63,570 nt of DNA, filler included, from Lenisia limosa (GCA_001655205.1; 11 parts of 11 records of this genome joined end to end with filler, not necessarily neighbours in it); one strand, 5' to 3'; counted from the whole stretch's first letter, positions 1 to 14,179 are shown. Notes: generated by a model from the sequence alone, not told the origin. Program-made: numbers and translations.

Positions 1-138
1 GTTGACAACAAAACAAACAAGCCCAGGTTTTTGTTGTTGGATGCAGCAAGAGGGGAGGGAAGCGGTTGATAATGGTCCATTCTTATTTAACATTAAACAC
101 CCCCATTTATCCCACTTCTTTCTGCCCCCTCCCCCCAC

Positions 139-3100
139 TTTCGTGCGTTTTCTGCAGACAGGCATGCCGTATAGTTCAGTACAGACCTGTAAGAGTCAAG
201 GGTTACTGAGTTGAATATTTTGTTGAAGATCAAAATTGTGCCAGCAATTGAATTGATAGCTGATACTTAATATCATACATTATTCAGCCCCTGAACAATC
301 TCATATTTTTTAAAAAAGGGGATAAAATAATTGCTAGTAGTCCCCCCCCCCCCCNNNNNNNNNNNNNNNNNNNNNNNNNNNNNNNNNNNNNNNNNNNNNN
401 NNNNNNNNNNNNNNNNNNNNNNNNNNNNNNNNNNNNNNNCCCGGGCCAATCACAGTTGTGCCAACAGTGGCCAAGCTTCCGCTTCCGACGGCTCGCTATA
501 ATGTTGTCAATGGTGCAAAGATGAGCCTCATAGCATGTAATTACACAAAAATGGAGCAAAGGTGGTTGGACAAACACAAATCCCCAAGGTGCTTCGACGT
601 ACAAACAGTGACCGGAATACGTCTTGACCGATTTGCTCTCTGATTTCCCAAGAAAATCGGTCAAGACTTATTCCGGCACTGTTTATGTCTGTACAACTCG
701 ATGTATACGATCAAAAAAAACCACCCGCGGGATTCTACTCCGCTTTTTCAAACCTCAAACGAATACGTAACATCGGATTCAGTATCTGAAACAATAAAGA
801 CAAGGATATAAGGATTAAGATGGGGATGTGAGAGAGCTTATGTTCCTGAAAGTAACAGAATAATATGATAAATCCTTATCAAAATTGGTTTTGGTGATAG
901 AAGACCACAGGATAAAGCGGACCGTATTGTTCTTTGAAAGACAATATTGATAGAATGCCACCAGTAAGGAATGGAGAAATAATCACAAAATGAAGTGCAT
1001 TCCACCATAAACTAAGTTACACAAATAGGTTCACAGTATCGGTGTAATTCCCCCTACCATCAACAATCAAAACAGTTTCGGTTGCCACGGTCTTCTAAAA
1101 AGCAGTCAATGGCATGGTAATATACAGTTATGCACAAGAAACACGGTGACTGTGGAAACTACGTTTCTTTTCAAAATGCTTCCGTGTAATTGATACATTC
1201 CCCAGACTATCTCATTTTGAAGGGGAGTTCAAGGGACTCCCACATAAGATCCCCCCCCCCCNNNNNNNNNNNNNNNNNNNNNNNNNNNNNNNNNNNNNNN
1301 NNNNNNNNNNNNNNNNNNNNNNNNNNNNNNNNNNNNNNNNNNNNNNNNNNNNNNNATACTCTGGCGCACTTCGCTCTCCAGGAACGACTAAAAGGTAACT
1401 CTCTATCAAAACTGTCCCTATCAATATCCACTATTAAATCGTTGGGTAATTACAACCATTTTCTTGTTCTTTTTAAAGAGTATAACCGGTTTAAGAGGCA
1501 TTATTGATTAGTTGTAGCATTCTAAAAATGAGGTATTTTTCAAGGGGAAAAACTGCCATTTTATTACCTCAGACCCCCACCTTAGGAACGGGGCCATTGG
1601 GGGAGGTCGGATCTGCGGAAAGCTCAAAAGCCAGCCGATTGTTGACATCGACATCAACCACGCAAAGTACAAGGCTCTGGAGAAAGGGGTCAGGTTTCTT
1701 AATGATGCTATAAACCGGTTTCATATCTAATTATCCACAAGCTTATGACAAATAGAGGTAAAAAGTGTTGACGTATTGAGAAGAGAGAGGGAATGAAGAG
1801 TGGACAAGTTCGTGAGGACATNNNNNNNNNNNNNNNNNNNNNNNNNNNNNNNNNNNNNNNNNNNNTTAATTAATTAANNNNNNNNNNNNNNNNNNNNNNN
1901 NNNNNNNNNNNNNNNNNNNNNGGGTGTCGGGGCATTGTTTTTAGACAAGCCACAATAAAAAGAAGAGGTTGATTATTTGCAACTACAGACTGTCCCAAAA
2001 ATTCCCTCCCAATTGTTAGACACTACAATACTCGCCATTTTAGAAAAGCCACATAATACCCCCCATTTACATGGCTTCAGTAGTGTCAGCCGACATCGTG
2101 TTGCTAAACTCCTTATCTACACCATTAATCATGAAAAGATTTGTCTACGACTTCACTTCGGTTCGAAAAAAGGCCGCATTTATCGATAAATCCTCGGATA
2201 TTTTATTGGTATTATTGAAACCGACGTGAAGCCATTCCCCCCACCCCTTCCACCAATTATTTCAAAAACATCACTCCAATCTTCATTCCAAAAGGATAAA
2301 CGACAGAGAGCATGGCTTCACTCAAAACTGAAGCTTAACTCCCGGTTTTGGTTAATTGGAAGAAACTGGGATAATCCAGTCTCTTAGATTTTGAAGACTT
2401 AGACACCACCATCAACAAATATGTTTCAGAGAAATATGAAGACAAAAGATAACAGAAAAAAAGAGATTAAGAGATAAAGGAAGACACAATGACAAGGACA
2501 ATTACAAACAAACTACATGATTCATATGTATAAGAGAACTATTAACAATAAATGAGAACCTTACCAGTTTGGTTCCACTTTGGTCCGAAAAAGACCGTAA
2601 AAAACCGATAGATATTTATCGAGAAATTCAATCGTTTTTGTCGAAAAGAATTGCCCTACTTACCAATAGCATGGCTGAAACGACAAATCAAATTGGCTGA
2701 AGCCTCCATTAGTCCACAGATAGACGCTTTTAGAAGATGCACCGCTTCTACTGTTGTTTTCTAAGGGGATAAATAAATACAATTTGAAAGAGTTAACCAC
2801 AAAATTGCATACTCGGATTATGTTTAAGTATATAAATTTGTAATAAAACTTTGAAAGACATAGTATCTATAATATAATTCCAAAAAAGACTGAATTTCTT
2901 TCAGAAAACTATCGATATTTCTACTCACGAAACAACCTTACCTCAATATTCGCTGTTGCAACTGTCTCAAAAGTAGCTGGAAAAATTAGTTCTCAACATT
3001 GCTAATATTTCTTGTCATTCAAATGAGAATATGTAATGTGCTAAATAAAACAAGTTGTATCTGGCCGAAGTAGTCCATACCTTCATCTCTAATAAGAGGG

Positions 3101-5672
3101 TTTCATAGCCAAGGCCTTCCCAACCCTCACCTCCAATAGTGTTTCCCGCCTGAGGAACGGTGTACATCTGGAAAACTGGGCCCTTTAAAGGTAAAGTTTC
3201 CATTGGAAAGTAAGGCTCCGTGCAATTAATTTAATTATTGACAAAATTAGAAATTAAAGTGTCTGAAGGGTTCTCGTTATGATATGTCCGACTTCAAATT
3301 TTGAAATTAATTTTTCAATTAATTGCACAGAGCCCTAGCAGTAAGATTAAGAATTTTATGAAACAAACAATAAAGAGCCCAAAAACAACAGCTGTCAGCA
3401 CACGGGAGTTGAAAACAACAAAACAAACAAAGCCGAGGCCAGTCGCTTTTGGGGTTAAAAAATACTATTATTAAAAGTTAGATTTCTCTGTGGGGGATGT
3501 AATGGGACATTGAAAAGAGACACATTACAGGTAGATTACGAGAGATTCGTTTCTATAACACAAAACCCAGCCCTCAAAATAATAATAATAATAAAAAACA
3601 CCTACGGACTACACCCCCCCCCCTACACTATGAAAAACGNNNNNNNNNNNNNNNNNNNNNNNNNNNNNNNNNNNNNNNNGTGGTGTCAATACCTGGGGGA
3701 GTCGTTATTAGGGCTTCACTTCGGTTCGGGAAAATATCGATAGTTTTGGAGGATTTTTGGAGAAATTAAGTCACGGTAATTGAATTTTGAATTTTGCATA
3801 TCACATCAAGAGTAGCAAAATAAAACAACTGTGTATCTGGCCGAAGCCGTCCATACCATCAAGCTTACAAGATATATTGGATTATAGTAGAGTATCATAT
3901 TTCTTCACCCAATCATTTGCCTTATAACTCTGTTCACACAGCAAATAGTATTTCACTTACTATATGAGGATGGGGGGGGGGGGGANNNNNNNNNNNNNNN
4001 NNNNNNNNNNNNNNNNNNNNNNNNNNNNNNNNNNNNNNNNNNNNNNNNNNNNNNNNNNNNNNNNNNNNNNNNNNNNNNNNNNATTAAATAATGTCTATCA
4101 ATAGCCCCCCTCCCCCAGTGTATCAGATCAAAAAGCCCGTAATTAGGTCTTCCCTACGGACCTAAAAAGACCGGGAGTATATCACTTATCTTTGATCATA
4201 TAAACTCTGCAGTAATTAGAGCTTCGCTAGAGTCCAAGACGGAGGACATTGGAAAAGCCAAAGCGTTAATATTAGAACTCCTTGCAATTGATTGAAAAAT
4301 AATTTTAAAAATGAAAGTAAGACATAAGTGAAATTATAATTCAGTCTTTATTTGGAACCGAAAATGAAGTATAAAAGTGGAAGCCCTCAGAATAACAAAC
4401 CAAAGGGAGCATTGATCTTGTGGCTGATGGTGATGCCATTGGGTTCAAGACTGCAGCGTTATTTCGATGATTTATAGAGAAATTCTGTCATTTTGTAGAT
4501 CAGAGTGAAGCTCTCCGGTAATAGAACCGGATTAATAGTATTATACGATACTATTCCAATATCTCTGATATGTGCATTATTTGTATTTTTCTTCACTAAT
4601 AAACTGATAGATTTACATTCTTGTTCTCAAACAAAGTGTGATAGTGCAGTGCGGATGGCTTTGGTTAAGACATAATGAATTACCTATCCTGGTGGAGTTG
4701 AATTGAAATTATTATAATGAATTACCTGTCCTAACAAAGCTGAATTGAAATTATCATTTCATCATCATGAAGCTTTTACAACCAATATAAACTCCAAAAA
4801 CCTGATAAATGCACTCGTGATGCAGATGAGGCTCGTGAGGAGAGAAATCCACAGGACAACCCTATGAGGTTAGGGAACTATGGGGTGGGGGGTTAGGACT
4901 TCACTTTGGTTCGAAAAAAGACTGAATTTTTCGATAAATCCTCGAAATCTATCGATATTTTAGCAGGCTTTTTCGAACCAGAGTGAAGACATAGGAGAGG
5001 GAGATCTGTTGGTGGAAAAAAAAAAAGGGGGGGGGGGGNNNNNNNNNNNNNNNNNNNNNNNNNNNNNNNNNNNNNNNNNNNNNNNNNNNNNNNNNNNNNN
5101 NCACATGAAAGGGCCATACCGACAAGAAAACAAATATACGGGTATATATACCTATATCATATATATATTCTGTAATATTACTTGGGCTCCGTCAGCTCCG
5201 TGCAATTAATTATTTAACGAAATTAATGACAAAATTAGAATTTAAAGTGAATAGGGTTCTCGTTACAATATGCCCACCATCAAATTTTGAAATTAATGTT
5301 GCAATTAATTGAACGGAGCCCTTGATATTATACTTGAATTTTCGTGGAATATCGTCTTGGAGTTGGAGAGAAATAAATAATTATATCGATATAAAAAATG
5401 ATACCCGACAACTAAAAACCAGTTCCATCAATTGTCATTATCTTTCTTTTGGCCAATTACGACAACCCCTGTCTGAATAACAAATCATCGGATTGTCGGA
5501 TCTCTCCTCGGATCAACAACCAACTCACATTGTTACTGTTTGCGTCGTGACCCCGTCTCTTCTGCTGCTTCCCTCTTCTTCCTTTTCTTCTTGTTATTTG
5601 TTTATTTTGTGGCGTGTGATTTGCAAGAACAGAGCTAGCGGCGAGCTGAGCGGGGAGGAAACATGCCTTCAC
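139..5672 (-). CDS. Hypothetical multi-exon gene (partial; crosses a contig linker at 1866)
   Basis: Minus-strand GT-AG-bounded open segments, e.g. ~1681-1586 SLVLCVVDVDVNNRLAFELSADPTSPNGPVPK, ~2761-2665 KTTVEAVHLLKASICGLMEASANLICRFSHAI, ~1096-1060 KTVATETVLIVD, ~186-139 VCTELYGMPVCRKRTK. No family recognised; the exon chain is incomplete. Confidence 0.3.
3213..3335. mobile_element. MITE family C (~125-140 bp, TIR GGCTCCGTGCAATTAATT), representative copy
   Basis: TA|AGGCTCCGTGCAATTAATT...AATTAATTGCACAGAGCCC|TA. Other copies lie at ~5183-5321 and 17759-17878, with a degenerate one at ~12160-12270. Confidence 0.82.
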
Positions 5673-5898
5673 CTTTTGATCTTTTGATCACATTAAAAGC
5701 GTGACACTTTTCCCTCTTTCTTTTCTCCCAGTCGTGCGTGTTAATCTAAAAATAATAAGATATAAACAGTAGAAGCGAAAAATCAAGGAAAACTTAACAA
5801 GAGAATAAGTTATTGGATCGTCTTTTGCCACTCTACTCTGGCGTCCGCTTAGCCTGCCATCTTAGGCCTGAAGTTGTCGAAGGAGGACCTTGACAACG

Positions 5899-8800
5899 AT
5901 GGAGGCCCATGACTGGACGACGTTGTCGAGGGATAGTGTTCAACTCTTTGAGCAAGCGAGTGAGTCGATCGCGGTATGTGGGACTGGTTTTGATCTGCCA
6001 TCGTCTACCTACTTTTTTTGAAATTGAACAATTGAGTAGCCGTGTATAAAGCCTATTTAAAAGAGAAGTTGATGTGACATGTTCCTCTTTTGTGTTGAAG
6101 TTTTCTCAAGGCGGGTTATTTCATTCTTTAAACAACAGGTTCCATTACACTGATTTTAAATATACTGTGGCCTTTCAAGGCAAATGATTGATAATATTAA
6201 ACAAGATTCAATATTTATTTTTTCTCAAAACTAGCTAATTTTACATCTTTTCTATTCCTAGGAGGTCTCTACAATGCTTTGTCTAAACCATGACTTTATT
6301 TATTTACTTCACAACCCCCACCCACTATTTTTGCGTGCTTGATTAATTGTTCAGTATTATTCCATCCCCCCCCCATGCTGCCGTGGGCTTTGTTTGTTTG
6401 GTTGTTTTCAATCCTTGTGTGCTGTCAACGTTGATCTTGTGCTTTTTTAGTTTAATCAATTTCCTATTTTACTCCCCTTCCCACTTACACTTTAGCAATG
6501 TCCAACACCAGGCGCCATATCGGTGATAATGTCGTTCAAGGAAGCTCCAAATGCCATGCACAATGCAATCGAAATACTGAGTGGGCCTCTTTGTTTTTTG
6601 AGAACAAGAATGTAAATCAATAAATTAAGGAAGATACAAATGATACACATTGTACACAGTTAGCCTCGATACACAAAGACCAGGATAAGTCTTGACCAAT
6701 TTGCTATATGATTTCCCAAGGAAAATCGGTCAAGACTAATCCCAGTCACTGTACTTATTTGGGATATTTTTCTTAATTTTCCAATTTTGTATGCTGATGA
6801 TGCGAAGCTGCAGAAGCGACTGGCCTGGGATTTTTTTTTTTTGTTTTATTGTCATCAACCCTCGTGTGTTGCTAGCCAACAGAGTTTATTTTGGGCTTTT
6901 TTTTGCTTCATAAATCTTCTGATTTTACTCCGCCTCATTGAAATTATCTGGCCCCACTCATTAAATATAGCAAGCCTGCCGCTTGTGTAACACCTCTTAT
7001 ATCACTCAAAAAAGAATATAATAACATAGTAATATAATAAAATAATAATATATTATATATAAGATATGATATAATATATTTACAGTATATATATATATAC
7101 TATATAATATGATATAAATTATATAGATATAGATATGTACTATGGGCTTTGTTTGTTAACTCTGCAATTAGATCTTATGTTAGACCTTTTTTCGTTTCAT
7201 AACTTTCCCATTTTATCGTTGATTTTGGGACTTTTTTGTTTCACATATTTCCCATTTTATTCACCCCCCCCCCTCAGAAAACTGCACATCCCCAGCCACG
7301 CAATTCCATGCCTCTGTAGTGGTTAGACATACCATGTCTAAAAGGTGTGATGCGGCAATCCTGTGTCTTGTACTTCACTTCGGATCGAAAAAAAGACTGA
7401 ATTTCTCGATTTATCCTCGAAAACTATCGATATTTTCATGTTTTTTTTTTGAACCGAAGTGAAGCCCTACCTGTGTCATTAGGGTCTCCTGGTGACGCGT
7501 GCAGAGTTTTTAATTTTTGGACTGAAGTAAAGTATAAGGCGCCCGGACTTGTTTAGTTCAGAAAAGAAAGCTGCAATTTCTGGGGAAGAAAGATGTTGGA
7601 ATGGGGGGGTGATTAGGCGTAGTAAGAGGGAGGGGCAGATTTTGGGGGTCCAGAATGTGATGCTGGTATCCTGTTATTGTTTTTGAACAAGAAATAAATA
7701 AACATGAGAATTCTGGGGAGGCAGAAAGCTGTGAGCACAGAGTTGTAAGGCCGATGATTGGGTGAATTAATATAATACTATAATCCATTATCTCTTATAA
7801 ACGTGATGGTGCGGACGGCTTCGGCCTTATTTCTCATTGCTATCTATATATTACATTAGAATTCTGGGTAACGCGAGATGAATGATCATCCAGATACTCG
7901 CATTTGGAGGCTTGTGGACCACCACCGTCTGAAGTAGTTTCCTTTGTTCAGAGCCTTCTGGCTATTAGAGAGTCGGGGAGAGGGGATCATTATTTACTAG
8001 TATATATGATTATCATTGACATTATCATTACCATCATTATTATCATCATCGTCGTCGTCATCATAATCATTATCTTCTTCTTCTTCTTTTTCTTCTTCTT
8101 CATCATCACCACCACCATCAGGTTTGATCAGCCAACGATGAACCAACTCTTCAGTACTATTGCCGTGTATTATAAAGTAGGCGGCGTTTTGTTTAGGGGG
8201 GGGGGGTGTAATTGCTGTTGACTTGAAAATAGCTTTTGTTGCACATCTCAAGATTATTAAGTCAATAATTCTTTTTGAAATTCTCTTTGTTATTAGTCAG
8301 TTTAACTAAAAAAACCGAGAAAAATTGGCCTAAAATTTGTTTTTGTTTGCAAATTCAATCTCGATAAATTGGCCAAAATGTGTTGATTTTCTCTACTCAA
8401 TTAAAAATAAATCTAATTCAATTAAAGCGACAACTTATTCGATTAAAGAGACATCTAATTCAATCCATACATTTTCGTGTTGTAATTTTATTCCAATCTA
8501 GATAAATTTGCGTGTTGTATTTCTAATTCAACCAAGAGGAACTGGCTTGACATCGAAGAAGCAGCATTGAAAGAACAGCTACACAATATCACTGCCTTCC
8601 AACACAGTGATGATGGTAAAGGCTCAATTAGAGTTGGGGNNNNNNNNNNNNNNNNNNNNNNNNNNNNNNNNNNNNNNNNNNNNNNNNNNNNNNNNNNNNN
8701 NNNNNNNNNNNNNNNNNNNNNNNNNNNNNNNGAGTATTGATGTTTTCTGAACAATTTAAGCAATAAAAGGTCCAAAAACACAACCCTATTTTAGACATGT

Positions 8801-9026
8801 GGGTTTTTTTTTGAACAAGAGAAATAATATATTACTACATGAGAAATCTAGGCAAACAAATTAATACATATGGATACCATAAACTAATTACAATGCTTAT
8901 GCGTCCATGCTGCACATATGGAACCCCTGTGTTTTACCTCTTTTTAGACAAGAAATGTGGGAACCCCTGTGTTTTACCTCTTTAGGGTCTTGGTTTGCTG
9001 ACCTCCCTTTGTACGGAATTCTCGTG
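5899..9026 (+). CDS. Importin-beta/exportin family protein (exportin-4/7-like), N-terminal part only, cut by a contig linker
   Basis: Spliced exons give MEAHDWTTLSRDSVQLFEQA...AISVIMSFKEAPNAMHNAIEILKNCTSPATQFHASVV...DKFACCISNSTKRNWLD. This resembles the XPO4-type pattern AE.IFLSFRK...C..ILE.S....FQAA...KRG.LD. Only about 200 aa is visible before the gap at 9049. Confidence 0.5.
8007..8119. repeat. Compound (ATC/ATT/GTC/TTC/CAC)n trinucleotide low-complexity tract, intronic
   Basis: Direct reading; it explains the spurious poly-I/F and poly-D/E ORFs at 7904-8251. Confidence 0.85.
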
Positions 9027-10169
9027 GGGGGGGGGGGTTATACTATCANNNNNNNNNNNNNNNNNNNNNNNNNNNNNNNNNNNNNNNNNNNNTTAATTAA
9101 TTAANNNNNNNNNNNNNNNNNNNNNNNNNNNNNNNNNNNNNNNNNNNNTAGTTTTAGTCTCAAAATCGATATAGTTCTACGATATTGATGAGAGTATACC
9201 ATGGACTTCCCTACAGTCCGAAAAAGACTGGTAAAATATCGATGTTTATTCAAGGATTTATCGAGAAATTCAGTCTTTTTTTTCGGAACGTAGGTAAGCC
9301 CTAATAATAATAATACCCAGCCCCCCTTCTTGAACCCAGTTCTTATTACCTCCTTGAGCCTTTATTTCAATATGTCACTTTTTGGTTCGGTCATACAAAG
9401 CACTATTTTATCAACTATAACTACGAAAACAGTGACCGGGGTAAGTCTTGATCGATTTTCCCGAGGAAATCACATAGCAAATCGGTTAATACTTATGCCG
9501 GTCACTGTTGTACACAAAGCGTACCTCCCTCCTATGTACGCATTTCTTTACTTTTGATGAAGTCCCCCCCCCCCCCCCCNNNNNNNNNNNNNNNNNNNNN
9601 NNNNNNNNNNNNNNNNNNNNNNNNNNNNNNNNNNNNNNNNNNNNNNNNNNNNNNNNNNNNNNNNNNNNNNNNNNNNNNNNNNNNNNNNNNNNNNNNNNNN
9701 NNNNNNNNNNNNNNNNNNNNNNNNNNNNNNNNNNNNNNNNNNNNNNNNNNNNNNNNNNNNNNNNNNNNNNNNNNNNNNNNNNNNNNNNNNGAGAAATGCC
9801 AACTCTGTTGGAACAGAGGGTTGAAAATTGGGCTTCACTTCGGTTCGAAAAAAAGACTGAATTTTGATAAATCCTCGAAAACTATTCCAGTGTATTTCAA
9901 ACCGAAGTGAAGCCCTAGTTGAAAACAGCCCTAGTTGAAAACAACATAGCAATAAAAGCCTGGGTCAGTAGATTTAAAATGACACAGATATGAAGCAAAA
10001 AACAAAAACTCAAAATCAAAATCAATATAAGGAGGGGGGGTGATGGTCTGAAATCGGGAATAGAGCAAAAAAAACAGCTACTTGGGAAATTTCTCGATAA
10101 ATCCTCGAAAACTATCGATAGTTTACCGGTATTTTTCGAACCGAAGTGAGGTCTAAGAAACATTCCCCC

Positions 10170-13100
10170 CTCGCTAACCTGGGCAGTACAAAGTCCGCGA
10201 GAAGGGGGTGAAAAGGAGAGGTATCGGCCTTCCTGGTGGCCTCCAATGACACTATAACGTCATAAGAGTTTCCGAGTAAAGTAGAAGAGAATAATATGTA
10301 CTTAATGCATGGGAATGTATGTATACAGTGACCCTATCATGAATTAAGCTAGAAATTTTCTCCATGTCACGAATTAAAGCGGTAGCCCATTAAATTGCGA
10401 AAACAATGTTTTTTGAAATTTCGCCTGCTTTTCCGTGGAATATTGCAAGAAATTTGAATTTTTCTAAGTCAACTCCAAGATAATTGGATAACATTAATAT
10501 TTGTAGTTTTCTAGGTCTTTTCCTGAAATATTGGTCATATCGTCAAGTTTTCAAGTCTTAAATCACCCAAAGAAAGTGCTAAATTCTATTAATGTAGATA
10601 ATGATTTCACAACGTGGTGTAAAACAGAGACATTACTGTACCTTATCAAAGAATTCAGCTAATAATCTCACGGAAACGATTAAACTCAAAATTAGACATT
10701 TGTCCACCCCAGGCCCCAAATCGTATAAACTAGGTTACAAGAATTTAATTGGACCCCCGCTTTAATGCAGTAATATCCCGGCCTATTCACGAACTAAGCG
10801 AGAAATACCCCGCCATCATCAATCCCCTACATGAGTTTAGAGTCGTATTCCACCAGGCAAGACTTGGAAGTCTGCCCAGGCCGTGGTTCTGACACCTCCT
10901 ATACAGTGATGGGGGAGAGATAAAATGGTGAATTAATAAAACAAAAAAAGCCCAAAATCAACTCTGTTGCCCCACATATCCCGCTTCTGGGCACATATCG
11001 CAGCCGCCCTCGGGACAGTAGGTGGAACAGCTGAACTCACGGACAAATATGTTTTCAAAGCGGTTGTTGGCTATGTCACTGCGGGGTTGTTAGTGCCAGC
11101 TATATCACTGACAAAAAAAAGTATTATGACTAGGGGTTCACTTCGAGTGATTAAATTTCAGCCTTCTTTTGAACCGAAGTTAGTTATGCCCCATATTCAC
11201 TTCTGTATGGGGGGCAGGAGGGATATTTGGTAACGTACCAATTAGCNNNNNNNNNNNNNNNNNNNNNNNNNNNNNNNNNNNNNNNNNNNNNNNNNNNNNN
11301 NNNNCGTCGGAATAGCCGCCAACACTGCAATTGTTCACTTCAGCGCAGGTCGAATTGGAGGTGAACGAAAAGTACCCTGTCACCTAGGGAGGGGGGGTAA
11401 AATGGGAAAATTTACGGAACAAAAGAGCCCAAAATCAACTCTGTTGCCTATGAAACAAAAAAACCCAATATACTCTGTTGGCTAGCAATCCCAAACCAAC
11501 AAAACAAACAAAGCCCAGGCAGGTAGCTATTGCAGCACCGCATCCCAGTAAAAAAGAGGTGGGGGGAAGGGGAAGATGAAGGAAAATTCAAATAGATAAT
11601 AAAGATATATGATTGTATCTGTTTTATTCTCTGAAAAAACCTTTGGTTCAAAAAGACTGGGTTTCTAGATAAATCCTCGAAAACTATCGATATTTTCGAA
11701 CCGAAGTGAAGCCCAAGTCTTCACCAATCCTCCCTCTCATTTTACTAATGTGTTTTAAGGAAATGCAATGCCCCCCTCACCTCCGCTAAGTCGTCATTGA
11801 CAGGGTCAAGGCATCTTCCGTCCCTTGTGTAGTCCCCGGGTGCTGTGTACCACGAGCATGCGGGCTGGTAGAGGTCAGGGGGAACAAAACGAANNNNNNN
11901 NNNNNNNNNNNNNNNNNNNNNNNNNNNNNNNNNNNNNNNNNNNNNNNNNNNNNNNNNNNNNNNNNNNNNNNNNNNNNNNNNNNNNNNNNNNNNNNNNNNN
12001 NNNNNNCTACACAGATGAGAAATACAAGTTTGTAGCTGAACAAAGCCGTCCACAGCATCAGATTACAGGAAACAGTCCTCACCTGGAAAGCACAGGTGTT
12101 ACATTCGAAATACGAGGAGCATGGACCTAAGTGACGTTAAAAGATGGCAGTATAAACTAAGCCTCCCTGCAATTAATAATTTGAAGAGAGACATGTTGTA
12201 ATATAAACTCAATTACAGTTTTATTGCAAATTTTGTTAATTGATTTCTCCAAAAAATTAATTTTGCGGAGTTTTATCTTTTAAAAAAACAGCTTTACTTG
12301 ATATCAACCTAAAGGACTACATTTGGCAAATAAAACACTGGAATTGCCAAACCTAGATAATCTTTCCTTTCTGCTCTAATTCAATGTGCAAAATAACGCA
12401 AATTCCCAGCTGACAAATATCCGAATGCATCTTGTCGATGAAAGAGCCTCCAGGGCAAGGCATGGAAATGGGATAGCATTTATTTGAGCTCTGGAGGGGG
12501 GGGGGAGTAAAATTGGAAAATTTACGAAGTACAAAAAAAAAGCCCGAAATCAACCCTGTTGGCAAGCAACACAGGAAAACAGAAGTCAAGTTCGATGAAG
12601 AATACAGGAAAAACCACGAGCCGAATAATCTGGCCCATAATAATTCCATACATAAGACCCACATCCCGCCCCCCACTTACCTCACACCACGCATGGCCCT
12701 CTTTCTGGCAAGTCACACAGTCATGAATGGATCCTGGGAGTACTGCAGAATATTAGAAGATATGAATGAGGACATGATCCGGTATTGCAGCTGAGGATAA
12801 CATTGAAGATTATTACGCAACGGCTTGTAATTTTGTTTGACGGTACCCCTACGCATTGCATTGCCTTGTTAATAAATTAACGCCACAATATCTATTTGCT
12901 CAAACAAAAAAAGAAAAATTCTGCCTACCACAAGACTCGCCAAAAGTGATGTTGAACTCTGGAAGAGGGATGTCCAAACTGGACCATGTTAGGGGGGGGG
13001 GTGTTCAGGGATGGTAAAAGAGTTAATGAAATGACTCAAAGAGAAAAACAAATGTTATTCAGAAAAAATCAATTGTGGGAAATAAGGGCCTTTTTCAAGC

Positions 13101-13390
13101 TTTATTTTAGAAGCTTAAACAAGCAAAACAAAAGGCCCACAAACTCTTCAAAGTAGGTATAGAGGTAAAGTTCACCACAGACGTCCATATTGATATCCAC
13201 CAGAGTCCAGGGGTCACTGTGAGGTTAGTCATTTTTTTTGCAAAAAAAAGTCTACTACACAATAGTAGACACTAGAGGGCTTAACGTCAGTCTGGAAAAA
13301 GAATCGAAAACTCTCGAAATTTTTACCGAAGTGAAGCCCTCATCAGTTGTAGCGACAGTATCGCTAGAAATGAGAATTTAACAAGGAGAG
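10170..13390 (-). CDS. Cys-rich extracellular protein with PSI (plexin-repeat)-like and EGF-like segments (partial)
   Basis: Exons include DCVTCQKEGHAWCE (~12735-12679), SSNKCYPISMPCPGGSFIDK (from 12490), GPCSSYFECNTCAFQ (~12125-12082), PACSWYTAPGDY (~11866-11783), TCAEVNNCSVGG and CSTYCPEGGCDMCPEAG. Cys spacing follows the C..C...C.WC pattern of PSI repeats. Confidence 0.5.
12491..12575 (-). repeat. Dispersed non-palindromic repeat family E (~120 bp) ending in a pyrimidine tract plus AG, representative copy
   Basis: Consensus in host-sense orientation: AAGCGACTGGCCTGGGCTTTGTTTGTTTTGTTGTTATCAACCCTCGTGTGTTGCTAGCCAACAGAGTTGATTTTGGGCTTTTTTGTTTCATAAATTTTCCAATTTTACTCCCCCC(AG). Copies lie at 1-28, 3337-3450, 6384-6495, 6817-6935, 7143-7277, 9925-9970, 10899-10969, 11384-11525, 16764-16828, 43795-43855, 48517-48625, 55365-55384, 55622-55652 and 59195-59276. 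Confidence 0.85.
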
Positions 13391-13501
13391 TCAGCCCTAA
13401 GCCAAACAAATAATCATCACATTTATGAGAGATTGATTATACATTACCGATGTTAAGATAGCAATATAGCCTAAAAATCCAAACACAACTCTATTCAAAA
13501 A

Positions 13502-13657
13502 AATCCATAATATAGCCTTCCACACTTACTTAATCCATAATATAGCCTTCCACACTTACTTAATCCATAATATAGCCTTCCACACTTACTTCATCCATAA
13601 TATAGCCTTCCACACTTACTTAATCCATAATATAGCCTTCCACACTTACTTAATCCA
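13502..13657. repeat. Tandem minisatellite, 30-bp unit x5
   Basis: AATCCATAATATAGCCTTCCACACTTACTT repeated five times with one substitution. Confidence 0.95.
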
Positions 13658-14179
13658 GGGATTGTTGATGTTTGCGACTTCATGAAAAAGAGTTGTGCTA
13701 AAGAGGGGGTAAAACGGAACGTTTAATACAGTCAAGTGAGAAGAAATTTAAACCTGAAAGAAGAAAATTATTAACACAAAGAAATCACCACAAAAAAGAC
13801 AATAATTGCGGGAGCAATGAGCCATCAGTAGGGCTTTCCCTTATGGTCCCACCCCCAGNNNNNNNNNNNNNNNNNNNNNNNNNNNNNNNNNNNNNNNNNN
13901 NNTTAATTAATTAANNNNNNNNNNNNNNNNNNNNNNNNNNNNNNNNNNNNNNNNNNNNAATCTGTGGCTAGGTGGTGGAACGATTCTGGTTTGGCTACGC
14001 AGAGAGGGCATAGCGGGCTGCTGTTCTGGAATTTTGCAAACCAATTTCGTGTGGGTGCTGGGCAATTATCGGGGCTTGGGTTTGTTTTTAATTATTATTT
14101 TTGCAAGTGTAGAAAAACGTTTTTTATAAAAGAAGAAAAGAGAAACGAAACAATACAAAAAATACAATGATGATTAGAG

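Noticed and set aside
1060-1096. EDRGNRNCFDC on the minus strand resembling an ArfGAP zinc finger
   Set aside because: A TGA follows immediately and there is no second CxxC. The alternative frame (KTVATETVLIVD) is open between AG and GT.
7904-8251. Poly-Ile/Phe and poly-Asp/Glu ORFs
   Set aside because: They are translations of a trinucleotide low-complexity tract inside an intron.
10325-10800. Possible ~450-bp Tc1-like element starting TA|CAGTGACCC with a weak inverted repeat near 10750-10770
   Set aside because: There is no matching right-hand CACTG|TA terminus and no second copy in the window.
13502-13657. 30-bp direct repeats as a CRISPR array
   Set aside because: There are no spacers, the context is eukaryotic and no cas genes are present; it is a plain minisatellite. 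The same applies to the repeats at 42068, 49583 and 50520.
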